Notes: a model not told the origin generated them from the letters alone. DNA of 64,000 nt from an uncultured beta proteobacterium (GCA_963754305.1 CAVWFR010000034.1:5452-69451); one strand, 5' to 3'. Counted from the stretch's first letter, positions 9,169 to 19,339 are shown. Made by a program: numbers and translations.

Positions 9169-10146
9169 ATGACTCGATACGTGACTTCAGTCGCTGCGGC
9201 GCTGGCCGGAGCCCTCGCGCTCGCGGCCGCGACCTTGGCGCACGCACAGGGCTTTCCGGCGAAGGACGTCCGCTTCGTGAACGCGTTCCCGCCCGGCGGC
9301 ACCTCGGACATGATCGGCCGCTTCCTCGGCGAGCAGTTCTCGAAGCAGATCGGGCGGCAGGTGGTCGTCGAGAACCGCACCGGCGCGAACGGCGCGATCG
9401 CCGCGGCGGAGGTCGCCAAGTCCACACCAGACGGCCATACCCTCCTGCTCGCGTCGATGAGCATGATGACGGTCACGCCGCAGATGGTGCAGCTCGCCTA
9501 CGACGTGGAGCGCGATCTCACGCCGATCGGCAACGTCGCGAGCGTGTACAACCTGCTGGTGGTGAAGAGCGACTCGCCGTTCAGGACGTGGCAGGACGTC
9601 GCCGAGGCCGCGCGCAACAATCCCGGCAAGCACACCTGCGCGACAGTCGGCTCCGGGTCGAGCCAGCAGCTCTCCTGCGCGCTCTTCATGTCGCTCACCG
9701 GCGCGCGGCTCACGCAGGTGCCGTATCGGGGCGGCGCGCCGGCGATCATCGACATCGTCGGCGGGCGGGTGGAGATGATGTTCGGCAACATGCCCGAGTT
9801 CATGGGCCAGATCCGCGGCGGCAACCTGCGCGCGGTGGCCTTCGGCGCGTCCGAGGCTTCGCCGCTGCTGGCCGACGTGCCGGTTATCTCGAAGACGGGC
9901 CTCACGGATTTCGTCATCCACAACTGGTTCGGGCTGGTGGGGCCGGGCGGCATGTCGCCGGACCTGCAGCGGCGCTGGAACGAGGAACTGAACAGGGCGC
10001 TCGCCGCACCCGACCTCGTTCAGCGGTTCAGGGACAACGGCCTGCAGATCCTCGGCGGCACGACGGGGCAGTTCGTCGATCAGATGAAGTCCGACCGGGT
10101 GAAATGGGGCCAGGTCATCCGCGACTTCAACATCAAGCCGGAGTGA
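9169..10146 (+). CDS. Bug-family (TctC-like) tripartite tricarboxylate transporter substrate-binding protein
   Basis: Starts MTRYVTSVAAALAGALALAAATLAHAQ (signal peptide). Followed by FPPGGTSD and VENRTGANG, motifs typical of Bug proteins. Confidence 0.9.
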   Translation: MTRYVTSVAAALAGALALAAATLAHAQGFPAKDVRFVNAFPPGGTSDMIGRFLGEQFSKQIGRQVVVENRTGANGAIAAAEVAKSTPDGHTLLLASMSMMTVTPQMVQLAYDVERDLTPIGNVASVYNLLVVKSDSPFRTWQDVAEAARNNPGKHTCATVGSGSSQQLSCALFMSLTGARLTQVPYRGGAPAIIDIVGGRVEMMFGNMPEFMGQIRGGNLRAVAFGASEASPLLADVPVISKTGLTDFVIHNWFGLVGPGGMSPDLQRRWNEELNRALAAPDLVQRFRDNGLQILGGTTGQFVDQMKSDRVKWGQVIRDFNIKPE

Positions 10147-10194
10147 CGACCGAGCTGGATCGGCAAGCGCGAGTCACGCTCGCCCGCCCGGCGC

Positions 10195-10851
10195 TCAGAA
10201 ATTCCGGCGGGTGAGGGTCAGCGTGTCGCCGATCCGCCGCATCTCCACGCCGTTCAGGAAGCTCATCCCGATCAGCGTGATCGAGAGCTGCTCCTTCCCG
10301 CCCTCCATCACCACCCCGTCGACGTTGTGCAGCGTGATGTCGCCGACGCGCACGGTCGCCAGGTTGATCCGGTAGGCGGTCTTGGTACCGGCGGCGGTGG
10401 CGATCTTGATCTGCGGCGCCCCGGCGTAGGCGATAGACATCCGCCGGGCCTCGTCCCCGGACAACGCGACCGCCGTCGCACCGGTGTCGATCACCGCCTG
10501 GGTTGCGACGCCGTTGACGTGGGCGGTGGTGATGAAGTGCCCGGCCCGGTCGGCCTTCAGCTCGGCGCTCGCGATCGTCGACTGGCCGAGCCCCAGGCTC
10601 AGCACCCGGCCCTCGATCTCGATGACCGCCTTGTCGCGGTCGGCGCTCACCAGGCGCACGCCCTCCGGGGAGCTCTGGCCGGCACGCAAGGCCCGCACGG
10701 CGGTGCCGTTGACGAGGAGTTGCGCGCGGTCGCGCTCGAGCGACATGACGAGCACGGTCGTCGCGGACGCGCTGCTCGCCCAGAGGACGGCGGCGAGCGA
10801 TACGGCAGCGCCGATGCCGCGGCGGCCGGTGATTCCGGGCGTGCATTCCAT
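10195..10851 (-). CDS. secreted retropepsin-like (TIGR02281-type) aspartic protease, paralogue of 4902..5546
   Basis: Starts MECTPGITGRRGIGAAVSLAAVLWASSASA (signal peptide). It has VIDTGATAVALS and LIGMSFLNG blocks. An alternative start lies 18 nt upstream. The rest of ORF 10195..11499 is an artefact. Confidence 0.8.
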   Translation of the reverse strand: MECTPGITGRRGIGAAVSLAAVLWASSASATTVLVMSLERDRAQLLVNGTAVRALRAGQSSPEGVRLVSADRDKAVIEIEGRVLSLGLGQSTIASAELKADRAGHFITTAHVNGVATQAVIDTGATAVALSGDEARRMSIAYAGAPQIKIATAAGTKTAYRINLATVRVGDITLHNVDGVVMEGGKEQLSITLIGMSFLNGVEMRRIGDTLTLTRRNF

Positions 10852-11153
10852 CCTGGTTCCCTCCGTCATCGGGTTGGGATCAACGTCAGCCGGTTGCCCC
10901 TGTCGCTCGAGCTCGATTGGTGGCGGCCCCGGCATCGACGACAACCGCGAGCGCCAACGCCGCCAGCGCGGCGCGCGGCCGCGCCGCGAGAGCGCCAAAG
11001 GCGAAGGCCGCGCAGATGGCCGCAGGAGACGAGCGGGGAGACATCCCCGCATGGTGTCAAAAGGCCGGTGCGTCAGGAAGCCCCGCGTGCAGCGCGGCGT
11101 GACGTGTTCGTCGCCCCGGAAGCGCTCGGGCGCACGCCCCGCGCGGAGGCCGG

Positions 11154-11963
11154 TCAGACGTCCCGGGTCTTGTCGCGCTCGATCAGCGCGTAGGCGGAGT
11201 GATTGTGGATCGACTCGAAGTTCTCGGACTCGACCCGATACCAGTCGATGCGGGCGTCGGCGTTCAGCCGCGCGGCGACATCGCGCACCATGTCCTCGAC
11301 GAACTTCGGGTTGTCGTAGGCGCGCTCCGTGACGTGCTTCTCGTCCGGGCGCTTGAGCAGACCGTAGAGCTCGGACGAGGCCTCGGCTTCGGCGCAGGCG
11401 ACGAGATCCTCGATCCAGACGAAGCTCTTCGTGCGGGCGGTAACCGTCACGTGCGAGCGCTGGTTGTGCGCGCCGTAGTCGGAGATCCCCTTGGAGCACG
11501 GGCAGAGGCTCGTCACCGGCACGACGACCTTCATGGTGAAGCTCTGGCGGCCGCTCTCGATCGCGCCGACGAACGAGACGTCGTAGTCCATGAGGCTCTG
11601 GACGCCGGAGATCGGCGCGGCCTTGTTGACGAAGTACGGGAAGTTCATCTCGACGTGCCCCGAGTCGGCTTCGAGCCGCCCGACCATCTCGAGGAGCATC
11701 GCCTTGAAGCTCTCGACCGAGATCTCGCGCTCGTGCGCATTCAGGATCTCGACGAAGCGCGACATATGGGTGCCCTTGAAGTGGTGGGGCAGCCCGACAT
11801 ACATGTTGAACGTCGCGATGGTGTGCTGCACGCCGCCGCCCTTCACCGCGACCTGGATCGGATGCCGGATCGCCTTGATCCCGACCTTGTCGATTGCGAG
11901 TCGGCGGCTGTCCGCGCTGGCCTGGACGTCGGGGATGGGTGCGAGCGGGTCGCGCGTGTTCAT
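11154..11963 (-). CDS. folE2: GTP cyclohydrolase FolE2 (type IB)
   Basis: 269 aa. Motifs seen: [18 protein letters not shown] and SLCPCSK, characteristic of FolE2/MptA. Confidence 0.9.
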   Translation of the reverse strand: MNTRDPLAPIPDVQASADSRRLAIDKVGIKAIRHPIQVAVKGGGVQHTIATFNMYVGLPHHFKGTHMSRFVEILNAHEREISVESFKAMLLEMVGRLEADSGHVEMNFPYFVNKAAPISGVQSLMDYDVSFVGAIESGRQSFTMKVVVPVTSLCPCSKGISDYGAHNQRSHVTVTARTKSFVWIEDLVACAEAEASSELYGLLKRPDEKHVTERAYDNPKFVEDMVRDVAARLNADARIDWYRVESENFESIHNHSAYALIERDKTRDV

Positions 11964-12072
11964 GCGGAGGATCTTCTTCGTCGTGTGCAGGGCGGAGTAC
12001 GGCGCAGGGGTGTACGACGACTTGCTTGCATCGAATGCGGCGAGTTTAGCACGGCGGTCCGCCGCGACCGGC

Positions 12073-13953
12073 TCAGGCGGCGCGGATCGACGGCCCGGGC
12101 GCGGCCTCCGCGAGACGCTTGCGAATCGCGGCGAGGATGCCGTCCTTATTGAGGCCGGCGGCCGCCAGCAGCTGGTTTTGATCGCCGTGATCGATGAAGC
12201 GATCGGGGAGCCCGAGATGCAGCATCGGGGCCGCGATGCCCTGCGCGGCGAGGCTCTCGGCCACCGCGCTTCCCGCCCCGCCCATGACCACGTTGTCCTC
12301 CACGGTCACGACGAGCGCATGGGAGCGCGCCAGCTCGACCACGAGCTCGTCGTCGAGCGGCTTCACGAACCGCATGTTGACGACGGTCGCGTCGAGCTCC
12401 TCGCCCGCCTCGAGCGCGGGCTTGAGCACGGTGCCGAACGCGAGGATCGCGACCCGCCGGCCCTCGCGGCGCAGCTCGCCCTTGCCGACCGGGAGCGCCC
12501 GCATGTCTTTCTCGACCGCCACGCCCGGTCCACCACCGCGTGGGTAGCGCACCGCCGCCGGCGTATCGAGGAGATACCCGGTGTAGAGCATCTGCCGGCA
12601 CTCGTTCTCGTCCGCGGGCGCCATCACCGTGATCCCCGGGATACAGCGCAGGTACGAGAGATCGTACGCGCCGTGATGGGTCTGGCCGTCGGCACCGACG
12701 AGTCCCGCCCGGTCGAGCGCGAAGAGCACCGGGAGGCTCTGGATCTCCACGTCGTGGATGAACTGGTCGTAGGCGCGCTGCAGGAACGTGGAGTAGATCG
12801 CGACCACCGGCTTCATGCCCTCGCAGGCGATCCCGGCGGCAAAGGTGACGGCGTGCTGTTCGGCGATGCCGACGTCGAAGTACCGGTCCGGAAAGCGCTC
12901 GGCGAAAGCGACGAGCCCGGATCCCTCGCGCATCGCCGGCGTGATGCCGATCACCCGCGGATCGCGCTCGGCCATGTCGCACAGCCAGTCGCCGAAGACC
13001 TGAGTGAAGGACGGCTTCCCGCCCGACTTCCCGCCGGTGATGCCGGCATCGGGCTCGAATTTCGAGACGCCGTGGTAGAGGACCGGATCGGCCTCGGCGA
13101 GCTTGTAGCCCTGGCCCTTGGTCGTGACGATGTGCAGGAACTGCGGGCCCTTCAGCTCCTTGATGTTCTTCAGCGTCGGGATCAGCGAGTCGAGGTCGTG
13201 GCCGTCGATGGGGCCGATGTAGTTGAAGCCGAACTCCTCGAACATGGTCGAGGGGACGACCATGCCCTTGGCGTGCTCCTCGACCCGTTTCGCGAGCTCC
13301 CACAGCGGCGGCATCGGCGAGAGCATCCGCTCCGCGGCCTTGCGCGCCGCGGCGTAGAACCGGCCCGACACCAGCCGCGCGAGGTAGCGGTTCATCCCGC
13401 CGAGCGACGGCGAGATCGACATGTCGTTGTCGTTCAGGATCACCAGGAAATCGGCGTCCGCGCCGCCGGCGTTGTTCATCGCCTCGAAGGCCATTCCGGC
13501 CGACATCGCGCCGTCGCCGATCACCGCGATCGCGCGGCGGCTCTCGCCCTTGCGCCGCGCGGCGACCGCCATGCCGAGCGCGGCACTGATCGAGGTGCTG
13601 GAGTGCGCGGTGCCGAAGGTGTCGTACACGGATTCGCTGCGCCGGGGGAAGCCCGAGATGCCGCCGAGCATCCGCAGTCGCGACATCGCTTCGCGCCGGC
13701 CGGTGAGGATCTTGTGCGGATAGGTCTGGTGGCCCACGTCCCACACGATCCGGTCTTCCGGCGTGTTGAACACGTAGTGCAGCGCAATCGTCAGCTCGAC
13801 GGTGCCGAGATTCGACGACAGGTGTCCGCCGGTCTTGCTCACCGACTCGAGCACGAAGGCGCGCAGCTCGACGGCGAGGTCGCGCAGCGCTTTGCGATCG
13901 AGCTTGCGCAGGTCGGCCGGCTCGTTGATCGTCTGGAGAAGCTCGTAGGCCAC
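12073..13953 (-). CDS. dxs: 1-deoxy-D-xylulose-5-phosphate synthase
   Basis: 626 aa. It has the [24 protein letters not shown] and [16 protein letters not shown]-binding motifs, collinear with Dxs over the full length. Confidence 0.97.
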   Translation of the reverse strand: MAYELLQTINEPADLRKLDRKALRDLAVELRAFVLESVSKTGGHLSSNLGTVELTIALHYVFNTPEDRIVWDVGHQTYPHKILTGRREAMSRLRMLGGISGFPRRSESVYDTFGTAHSSTSISAALGMAVAARRKGESRRAIAVIGDGAMSAGMAFEAMNNAGGADADFLVILNDNDMSISPSLGGMNRYLARLVSGRFYAAARKAAERMLSPMPPLWELAKRVEEHAKGMVVPSTMFEEFGFNYIGPIDGHDLDSLIPTLKNIKELKGPQFLHIVTTKGQGYKLAEADPVLYHGVSKFEPDAGITGGKSGGKPSFTQVFGDWLCDMAERDPRVIGITPAMREGSGLVAFAERFPDRYFDVGIAEQHAVTFAAGIACEGMKPVVAIYSTFLQRAYDQFIHDVEIQSLPVLFALDRAGLVGADGQTHHGAYDLSYLRCIPGITVMAPADENECRQMLYTGYLLDTPAAVRYPRGGGPGVAVEKDMRALPVGKGELRREGRRVAILAFGTVLKPALEAGEELDATVVNMRFVKPLDDELVVELARSHALVVTVEDNVVMGGAGSAVAESLAAQGIAAPMLHLGLPDRFIDHGDQNQLLAAAGLNKDGILAAIRKRLAEAAPGPSIRAA

Positions 13954-13998
13954 GGGCTGAGAAACCGGAAGCTAGTCTGGGCGGATTGTAACGCCAGG

Positions 13999-14093
13999 CT
14001 TCATGCTGCGAGGGCGCACACCCTCTCGCTCCCCGAGAATCTCTCGCAAGTCATCGCAACGCGAGGGGGCAGACACCTTCGGGCTCCCCGAGG
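13999..14093. repeat. REP-like intergenic elements, copies 2 and 3 (direct)
   Basis: cttcatgctgcgagggcgcacaccctctcgctccccgag and tcatcgcaacgcgagggggcagacaccttcgggctccccgagg, lying between dxs and ispA. Confidence 0.55.
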
Positions 14094-14115
14094 CCAGAGA
14101 AAAGGCGCTTTCTCG

Positions 14116-15018
14116 CTAGAACTCCCGGGTCACGATGAAGTCGACGAGATCGCCGAGGCGCGCCGCGCGCGACCCGAACGCCTCCAGCGCGGCATGCGCG
14201 TCGCGGCGGAGCGTCTGCGCGAGATCGCGGGCACGCGCGAGCCCGAGGAGCGTTACGTACGTCGGCTTGCCCTGCGCTGCATCCTTGCCGGCGGTCTTGC
14301 CGAGCGTCGCCGTCGGCGCCGCCGCGTCGAGTACGTCGTCGACGACCTGAAATGCGAGCCCCACGCACTTCGCGTAGCGATCGAGCGCCGCCGCTGCCGC
14401 GGGCTCCAACGGCGTTCCGCACCGCGCCCCGAGCACGACGGAGGCGCGGATCAGCGCGCCGGTCTTGAGGATGTGCATGAACTCGAGCTCCGGCAAGGTC
14501 AGCGGCTTCCCTACCGCCGCGAGATCGATCGCCTGGCCGCCCGCCATGCCGCGCGTCCCGCTCGCAACCGCGAGCAGGTGGAGCATCTCGAGCTGCGCCG
14601 CCGGCTCGTCCGCGAGCCGGGTGGCGGCCAGCAGCTCGAAGGCGAGCGACTGCAGGCCGTCCCCGACCAGCAGTGCGGTGGCCTCGTCGAATTCGAGGTG
14701 CACGGTAGGTTTCCCACGGCGCAAGACATCGTCGTCCATGCAGGGCAGATCGTCGTGGACGAGCGAGTACGCGTGGATCAGCTCGAGCGAGCACGCGACC
14801 GCGTCGAGCCGCTCCGGCGCGGCACCTGCCAGCTCGCCGGCGGCGAACGCGAGCATCGGCCGCACCCGCTTGCCGCGCCCGAGGACGGCATAGCGCATCG
14901 CCTCGTGCAGTCGCTGCGGAACGTGGTCGCCGCCGGGGAGCACGCGCTCGAGCGCGCGCTCGACGCGCGACTGGATGTGCACCATCCAGTCGCGGAGGTC
15001 AACCTTCGGCGTCGTCAC
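14116..15018 (-). CDS. ispA: (2E,6E)-farnesyl diphosphate synthase / geranyltranstransferase
   Basis: 300 aa. FARM (LVHDDLPCMDDD) and SARM (FQVVDDVLD) motifs are present. GTG start, overlapping the 3' end of xseB. Confidence 0.92.
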   Translation of the reverse strand: MTTPKVDLRDWMVHIQSRVERALERVLPGGDHVPQRLHEAMRYAVLGRGKRVRPMLAFAAGELAGAAPERLDAVACSLELIHAYSLVHDDLPCMDDDVLRRGKPTVHLEFDEATALLVGDGLQSLAFELLAATRLADEPAAQLEMLHLLAVASGTRGMAGGQAIDLAAVGKPLTLPELEFMHILKTGALIRASVVLGARCGTPLEPAAAAALDRYAKCVGLAFQVVDDVLDAAAPTATLGKTAGKDAAQGKPTYVTLLGLARARDLAQTLRRDAHAALEAFGSRAARLGDLVDFIVTREF

Positions 15019-15253
15019 CGGGCAGGGCCTTCAGCGCCTCGTCCTCGAGTATCCGCACTTGCGCTTGCGCCTGTGCGAGCCGTCCCTGGCAGTATTTCGC
15101 CAGCTCGATCCCGCGCTGGTGCGCAGCGAGCGACTGCTCGAGCGGGAGCGTACCGGCCTCCATCGATTGCACGATCTTCTCCAGCTCGGCGAGCGCCGCC
15201 TCGAAGCTCTTGGGCGCGTCGTCGGCGGGGGCATCGGCAGTGGTCTTTGCCAT
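14999..15253 (-). CDS. xseB: exodeoxyribonuclease VII small subunit
   Basis: 84 aa, MAKTTADAPADDAPKSFEAALAELEKIVQSMEAGTLPLEQSL. The conserved xseB-ispA-dxs gene order supports the call. Confidence 0.9.
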   Translation of the reverse strand: MAKTTADAPADDAPKSFEAALAELEKIVQSMEAGTLPLEQSLAAHQRGIELAKYCQGRLAQAQAQVRILEDEALKALPGDDAEG

Positions 15254-15261
15254 CGGGTGCC

Positions 15262-16533
15262 TCAAGTCGCGTCGACTACGCCGGCGCGCGCGAGCATCGC
15301 CTGTGCGAGCACGTTGCAGCCGGCGGCGAGGTCGGAAGGGGTCGCATCCTCGATCTCGTTGTGACTGATGCCGCCCGCACAGGGGACGAAGATCATCGCG
15401 GCCGGGGCGACGCGCGCGACGTAGACCGCGTCGTGGCCGGCGCCGCTCACGATGTCGAGGTGCCGGAAGCCAAGGCGGCGCGTCGCGCCCCGCACGGCGG
15501 CAACGCAAGCGGCATCGAAGTGGCATGGTGGGAAGTACACCACCTGCTCGACCGCGATGGCGACGTTCGTCTCACCGGCCACCCGCTCGCAGGCGGTGCG
15601 CAGCGCCGCGTCCATCCCGAGCAGCCCGTCGTCGGTCGCATGGCGGAAATCGACCGAGAATTTCACTTCGCCGGGAACGACGTTCCGCGAGTTGGGGCCG
15701 ACCTGCATGAAGCCTACGGTGCCGCGCCCGTCGGGCGCGAACGCCAGCGCAATTCGGTTCACCTCACCGACCAGCCGCGCGGCTGCCAGCAACGCATCCT
15801 TCCGCAACCGCATCGGTGTTGGGCCGGCGTGCGCGTTCATGCCCGTCACCGTCACGTCGTACCAGCGCTGACCCAGCGCGCCGGTGACGACCCCAATCGT
15901 GTTGCCGCTGTCTTCGAGCACCGGGCCCTGCTCGATGTGCGCTTCGAAATAGGCGCCGACCGGCGTGCCCGCGGGCGCAGTGCCGGCATAGCCGATCCGC
16001 GCGAGCTCGTCCCCGACCGAGCGGCCCTCCAGGTCGGTGCGCCGCAGAACCTCGGCAAGCGGGAAGACGCCGGCGAACACGCCCGAGCCCATCATCACCG
16101 GCGTGAATCGCGTGCCCTCCTCGTTCGTCCACACCGCCACTTCCATCGGCGCCGCGGTCCGCAGCCCGCGATCGTTCAGCGTGCGCACGACCTCGAGCCC
16201 GGCGAGCACGCCGTAGGTGCCGTCGAACTTGCCGCCGGAGGGCTGCGTGTCGATGTGGCTGCCGGCGACGACCGGCGGCCGTGCCGGATCGCACCCGGCG
16301 CGGCGCCCGAAGATGTTGCCGATCGGGTCGACGCACACCGCCAGCCCGGCGTCTCGGAACCATTCGACGACCCGGTCGCGGCCGGCGCGGTCGAGATCGG
16401 TGAGCGCGATGCGCCGCACGCCCCCGAGCGGCGTCGCGCCGATCTTCGCCAGGTCCAGCAGCGACCGCCACAGCCGATCGGCGTCGATCCGGAGCTCGGC
16501 GATCCGCGAATCGCTGCTCGCGACTTCGCTCAT
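15262..16533 (-). CDS. Zn-dependent M20-family amidohydrolase (N-carbamoyl-amino-acid / beta-ureidopropionase / allantoate amidohydrolase type)
   Basis: Starts MSEVASSDSRIAELRIDADRLW. The GSHIDTQPSGGKFDG motif is present. Only the C-terminal 423 codons of ORF 15262..17709 are used. Confidence 0.85.
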   Translation of the reverse strand: MSEVASSDSRIAELRIDADRLWRSLLDLAKIGATPLGGVRRIALTDLDRAGRDRVVEWFRDAGLAVCVDPIGNIFGRRAGCDPARPPVVAGSHIDTQPSGGKFDGTYGVLAGLEVVRTLNDRGLRTAAPMEVAVWTNEEGTRFTPVMMGSGVFAGVFPLAEVLRRTDLEGRSVGDELARIGYAGTAPAGTPVGAYFEAHIEQGPVLEDSGNTIGVVTGALGQRWYDVTVTGMNAHAGPTPMRLRKDALLAAARLVGEVNRIALAFAPDGRGTVGFMQVGPNSRNVVPGEVKFSVDFRHATDDGLLGMDAALRTACERVAGETNVAIAVEQVVYFPPCHFDAACVAAVRGATRRLGFRHLDIVSGAGHDAVYVARVAPAAMIFVPCAGGISHNEIEDATPSDLAAGCNVLAQAMLARAGVVDAT

Positions 16534-16541
16534 CCGCAAGC

Positions 16542-17939
16542 CTACCGCGCGGCCCGGATCGCGGCGCGGATCCCGTCCACCATCCGCGCGAGCTCCTGCT
16601 CGGTCGAGATGAACGGCGGGCCGACGGCGATAGTGTCGCCGGTGAAGCGGAGGCACTGCCCCTCGCGCAGGCCCTGCTCGAACACCTTGAGCGCACGCAG
16701 ACCCGGCTGGCCGGGGATCGGCTCGAGATCGACCGCGGCCGCAAGCCCGAGGTTGCGGATGTCGAGGACGCCCGGCTCGCCCGCGAGCGAGTGGATCGCG
16801 TCCTGCAGCACGCGTTCGAGCACGCGTACGCGCGCGAACGTGCCCTCTTCCTCGAGGATGTCGAGCGTCGCGTGTCCTGCGGCCACCGCCATCGGATGCC
16901 CGGAGTACGTGTACCCGTGGAAGAACTCGACCAGGTGCTCCGGGCCGGTCATGAAAGCGTCGTAGATCTCCTTGCGGACGATCACCCCGCCGAGCGGGAC
17001 CGCGGCGTTGTTCACCCCCTTGGCGAAGACGATCATGTCCGGCACCACGCCGAAGCGCTCGGCGGCGAACGCCGCGCCCATGCGGCCGAAGCCGGTGATC
17101 ACCTCGTCGAAGATCAGGAGGATCCCGTGCTGTGTGCACAGTTCGCGCAGCCGCTCGAGATAGCCGACCGGGGGCACGATCACCCCCGCCGACCCCTGCA
17201 TCGGCTCGACGATCACGGCCGCGATCGTGGACGCATCGTGCAGCGCGACGATCCGCGACAGCTCGTCGGCGAGATGCGCGCCCCACTTCGGCTGGCCGCG
17301 CGAGAACGCCATCTCGGCGAGATTGTGCGTATGCGGCAGATGATCGACGCCGGGCAGCTGCGCGGACGGAAAGGTCTTGCGGTTCGCGGCCATCCCGCCG
17401 ACGGAGATCCCGCCGAAGCCGACGCCGTGATAGCCGCGCTCGCGGCCGATGAAGCGCATCCGCGCCGCCTCGCCGCGCACGCGATGGTAGGCGAGCGCGA
17501 TCTTGAGCGAGGTATCGACCGCCTCCGAGCCGGAGTTGACGAAGAAGACGTGCTCGAGCCCGGCCGGGGCCAGCGCCGCGACCCGCGCGGCGAGACGGAA
17601 CGTCTCGGGGTAGCCCATCTGGAACGCCGGGCTGTAGTCCATCGTCTCGAACTGCACCTTGAGCGCTTGCGCGATGCGCGGATGACCGTGGCCGAGCCCG
17701 ACGCACCACAGGCCCGAGAGGCAGTCGAAGAGCCGATCGCCCTCGACGGTGGTGTAGTAGGCGCCTTTCGCGGAGGCGAGCAGCCTGCGCTCGTGATGCC
17801 GCTTGAAGTAGCGGTTGTGCGAGAACGGCATCCAGTAAGCGTCGAGGTCGACGGCGAGGTCCTCGACACGAGGGGCAAGAGCAGGGGCAAGAGCAGGGGC
17901 AAGAGCGGCTGGCACCTTCGGCGGCACGATCTCGTTCAT
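16542..17939 (-). CDS. class III PLP aminotransferase (omega-amino acid / beta-alanine--pyruvate type)
   Basis: Starts MNEIVPPKV. Motifs seen: FVNSGSEAVD, DEVITGFGR and AKG, an acetylornithine/omega-aminotransferase-like pattern. Confidence 0.88.
   Translation of the reverse strand: MNEIVPPKVPAALAPALAPALAPRVEDLAVDLDAYWMPFSHNRYFKRHHERRLLASAKGAYYTTVEGDRLFDCLSGLWCVGLGHGHPRIAQALKVQFETMDYSPAFQMGYPETFRLAARVAALAPAGLEHVFFVNSGSEAVDTSLKIALAYHRVRGEAARMRFIGRERGYHGVGFGGISVGGMAANRKTFPSAQLPGVDHLPHTHNLAEMAFSRGQPKWGAHLADELSRIVALHDASTIAAVIVEPMQGSAGVIVPPVGYLERLRELCTQHGILLIFDEVITGFGRMGAAFAAERFGVVPDMIVFAKGVNNAAVPLGGVIVRKEIYDAFMTGPEHLVEFFHGYTYSGHPMAVAAGHATLDILEEEGTFARVRVLERVLQDAIHSLAGEPGVLDIRNLGLAAAVDLEPIPGQPGLRALKVFEQGLREGQCLRFTGDTIAVGPPFISTEQELARMVDGIRAAIRAAR
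17871..17906 (-). repeat. perfect 12-bp x 3 tandem repeat inside the aminotransferase 5' end
   Basis: aggggcaagagc repeated three times on the plus strand. It encodes ALAPALAPALAP near the N-terminus. Confidence 0.9.
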
Positions 17940-18068
17940 CGGTACGGTCCTTCGTACGAGGGAGGAAACAAGGGCGCGCGAACCCCCTTGCAGACCTCCC
18001 GATTTCAGACTTGGCTCGCTCTCGGCGAGGGTCGGATTATCGCCCGGTCCTGCTATAGTCGGCAGGCG

Positions 18069-18914
18069 ATGTTCACGACGCTCGTCAGCACCGAAACGCT
18101 GGCCGCTCACGTCGACGATCCGCGCTGGATCGTCTTCGACTGCCGCCACGACCTCGCACAGCCCGGACTGGGCCGGACCGAGTATCTGCAGTCGCACATC
18201 CCCGGCGCCCGGTTCATGCATATGGACGAGGACCTCGCGGGCCCGGTCACCGGGACGAACGGCCGGCATCCGCTGCCGGACCCCGTTCGATTCGCAGCGC
18301 GACTCGGCGCCGCCGGTGTCGGCGCGGACACGCAAGTCGTCGCGTATGACGCGCAAGGGGGCGTGAACGCGGCGCGCCTGTGGTGGATGCTCCGCTGGCT
18401 GGGGCACGATGCGGCCGCCGTGCTCGACGGCGGATTCATCAAGTGGCAGCGCGAGGAGCATCCCGTAACCGCCGCGTTGCCGCCGGTCGTGCCCGCGCGG
18501 TTCGAGGCGCGCTTGCGACCGCTCGCCGTCGATGCCGCTTTCGTGCTTGCGCATCTCCAGGACCGGGGCGTGACGCTCGTCGACGCGCGCTCGGGCGAGC
18601 GCTACCGCGGGGAGTCCGAGCCGATCGATCCGGTCGCCGGCCACATCCCCGGGTCGCTCAACCGCTTCGTCCGCGACAATCTGGACGGCGGCGTGTTCAA
18701 GCCGGCGGAGCGCCTGCGCGCCGAGTGGCAGACCCTGCTCGACGGGCTCCCGCCGGAGGCGACGGTGCACTCGTGCGGTTCGGGCGTGGCCGCCTGCCAC
18801 AACCTGCTCGCGATGGAGGTCGCCGGGCTCGCGGGGAGCAGGCTGTACCCCGGGTCTTGGAGCGAATGGATCGCCGACCCGGCGCGCCCCCGGGCCACGG
18901 GCGGGCAGCCGTGA
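18069..18914 (+). CDS. sseA: 3-mercaptopyruvate/thiosulfate sulfurtransferase (tandem rhodanese)
   Basis: Starts MFTTLVSTETLAAHV. Two rhodanese halves are present, with the active-site loop SCGSGVAAC. Confidence 0.85.
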   Translation: MFTTLVSTETLAAHVDDPRWIVFDCRHDLAQPGLGRTEYLQSHIPGARFMHMDEDLAGPVTGTNGRHPLPDPVRFAARLGAAGVGADTQVVAYDAQGGVNAARLWWMLRWLGHDAAAVLDGGFIKWQREEHPVTAALPPVVPARFEARLRPLAVDAAFVLAHLQDRGVTLVDARSGERYRGESEPIDPVAGHIPGSLNRFVRDNLDGGVFKPAERLRAEWQTLLDGLPPEATVHSCGSGVAACHNLLAMEVAGLAGSRLYPGSWSEWIADPARPRATGGQP

Positions 18915-18955
18915 CGCGCTTCGGGTCGGCCACCGCCGCGTCGTAGCGCCCGTCG

Positions 18956-19339
18956 GTGCTCGCCGACTTCGTCCTCATCGTCCACTTAGCGTTTGTCCTG
19001 TTCGTCGTCGGCGGCTTTGCGCTCGTGCTCGCAGGCGGCGCCCTCGGCTGGCGCTGGATCCGCAACCGCGCCTTCCGGTACGCGCACCTCGCCGCGATCG
19101 CGTTCGTCGCGCTCGAGGCGCTCGCCGGGGTCGCCTGCCCGCTCACGCTCTGGGAGGATGCGCTGCGGCGCACAGGCCCCGTCGCGCCGAGCTTCGTCGG
19201 GCGTTGGGCGCGGCGGCTGCTCTACTACGACTTCCCCGAGTGGGTGTTCACAGTCGCGTACGTCCTCTTCGCGATTGCGGTAGCCGTCACATTCCGGCTC
19301 ATCCCGCCCCGTGAATCGGGCCCCCGTAAGGGGCTATGA
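18956..19339 (+). CDS. DUF2784-like integral membrane protein
   Basis: 127 aa with 3-4 TM helices. The CPLTLWE motif is typical of DUF2784. Confidence 0.65.
   Translation: MLADFVLIVHLAFVLFVVGGFALVLAGGALGWRWIRNRAFRYAHLAAIAFVALEALAGVACPLTLWEDALRRTGPVAPSFVGRWARRLLYYDFPEWVFTVAYVLFAIAVAVTFRLIPPRESGPRKGL

Noticed and set aside
10888-11043. A minus-strand ORF of about 51 codons (MSPRSSPAAICAAFAFGALAA...) in the 300-bp gap between the second protease gene and folE2
   Set aside because: It is Ala/Arg-rich with no clear Shine-Dalgarno sequence or family resemblance. It cannot be distinguished from a chance GC-rich open frame.
11590-16965. 1791-aa plus-strand ORF, the longest in the track
   Set aside because: It runs antisense to folE2, dxs, ispA, xseB and the amidohydrolase, all of which have unmistakable family motifs. 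Its translation is Arg/Ala/Gly/Pro-rich and low in complexity, typical of stop-free shadow frames in high-GC DNA.
15262-18800. ORFs 15262..17709 (815 aa) and 16542..18800 (752 aa) taken as single large genes
   Set aside because: In each case only the C-terminal part matches a protein family (amidohydrolase from 16533, aminotransferase from 17939). The N-terminal extensions overlap neighbouring genes and are compositional artefacts.
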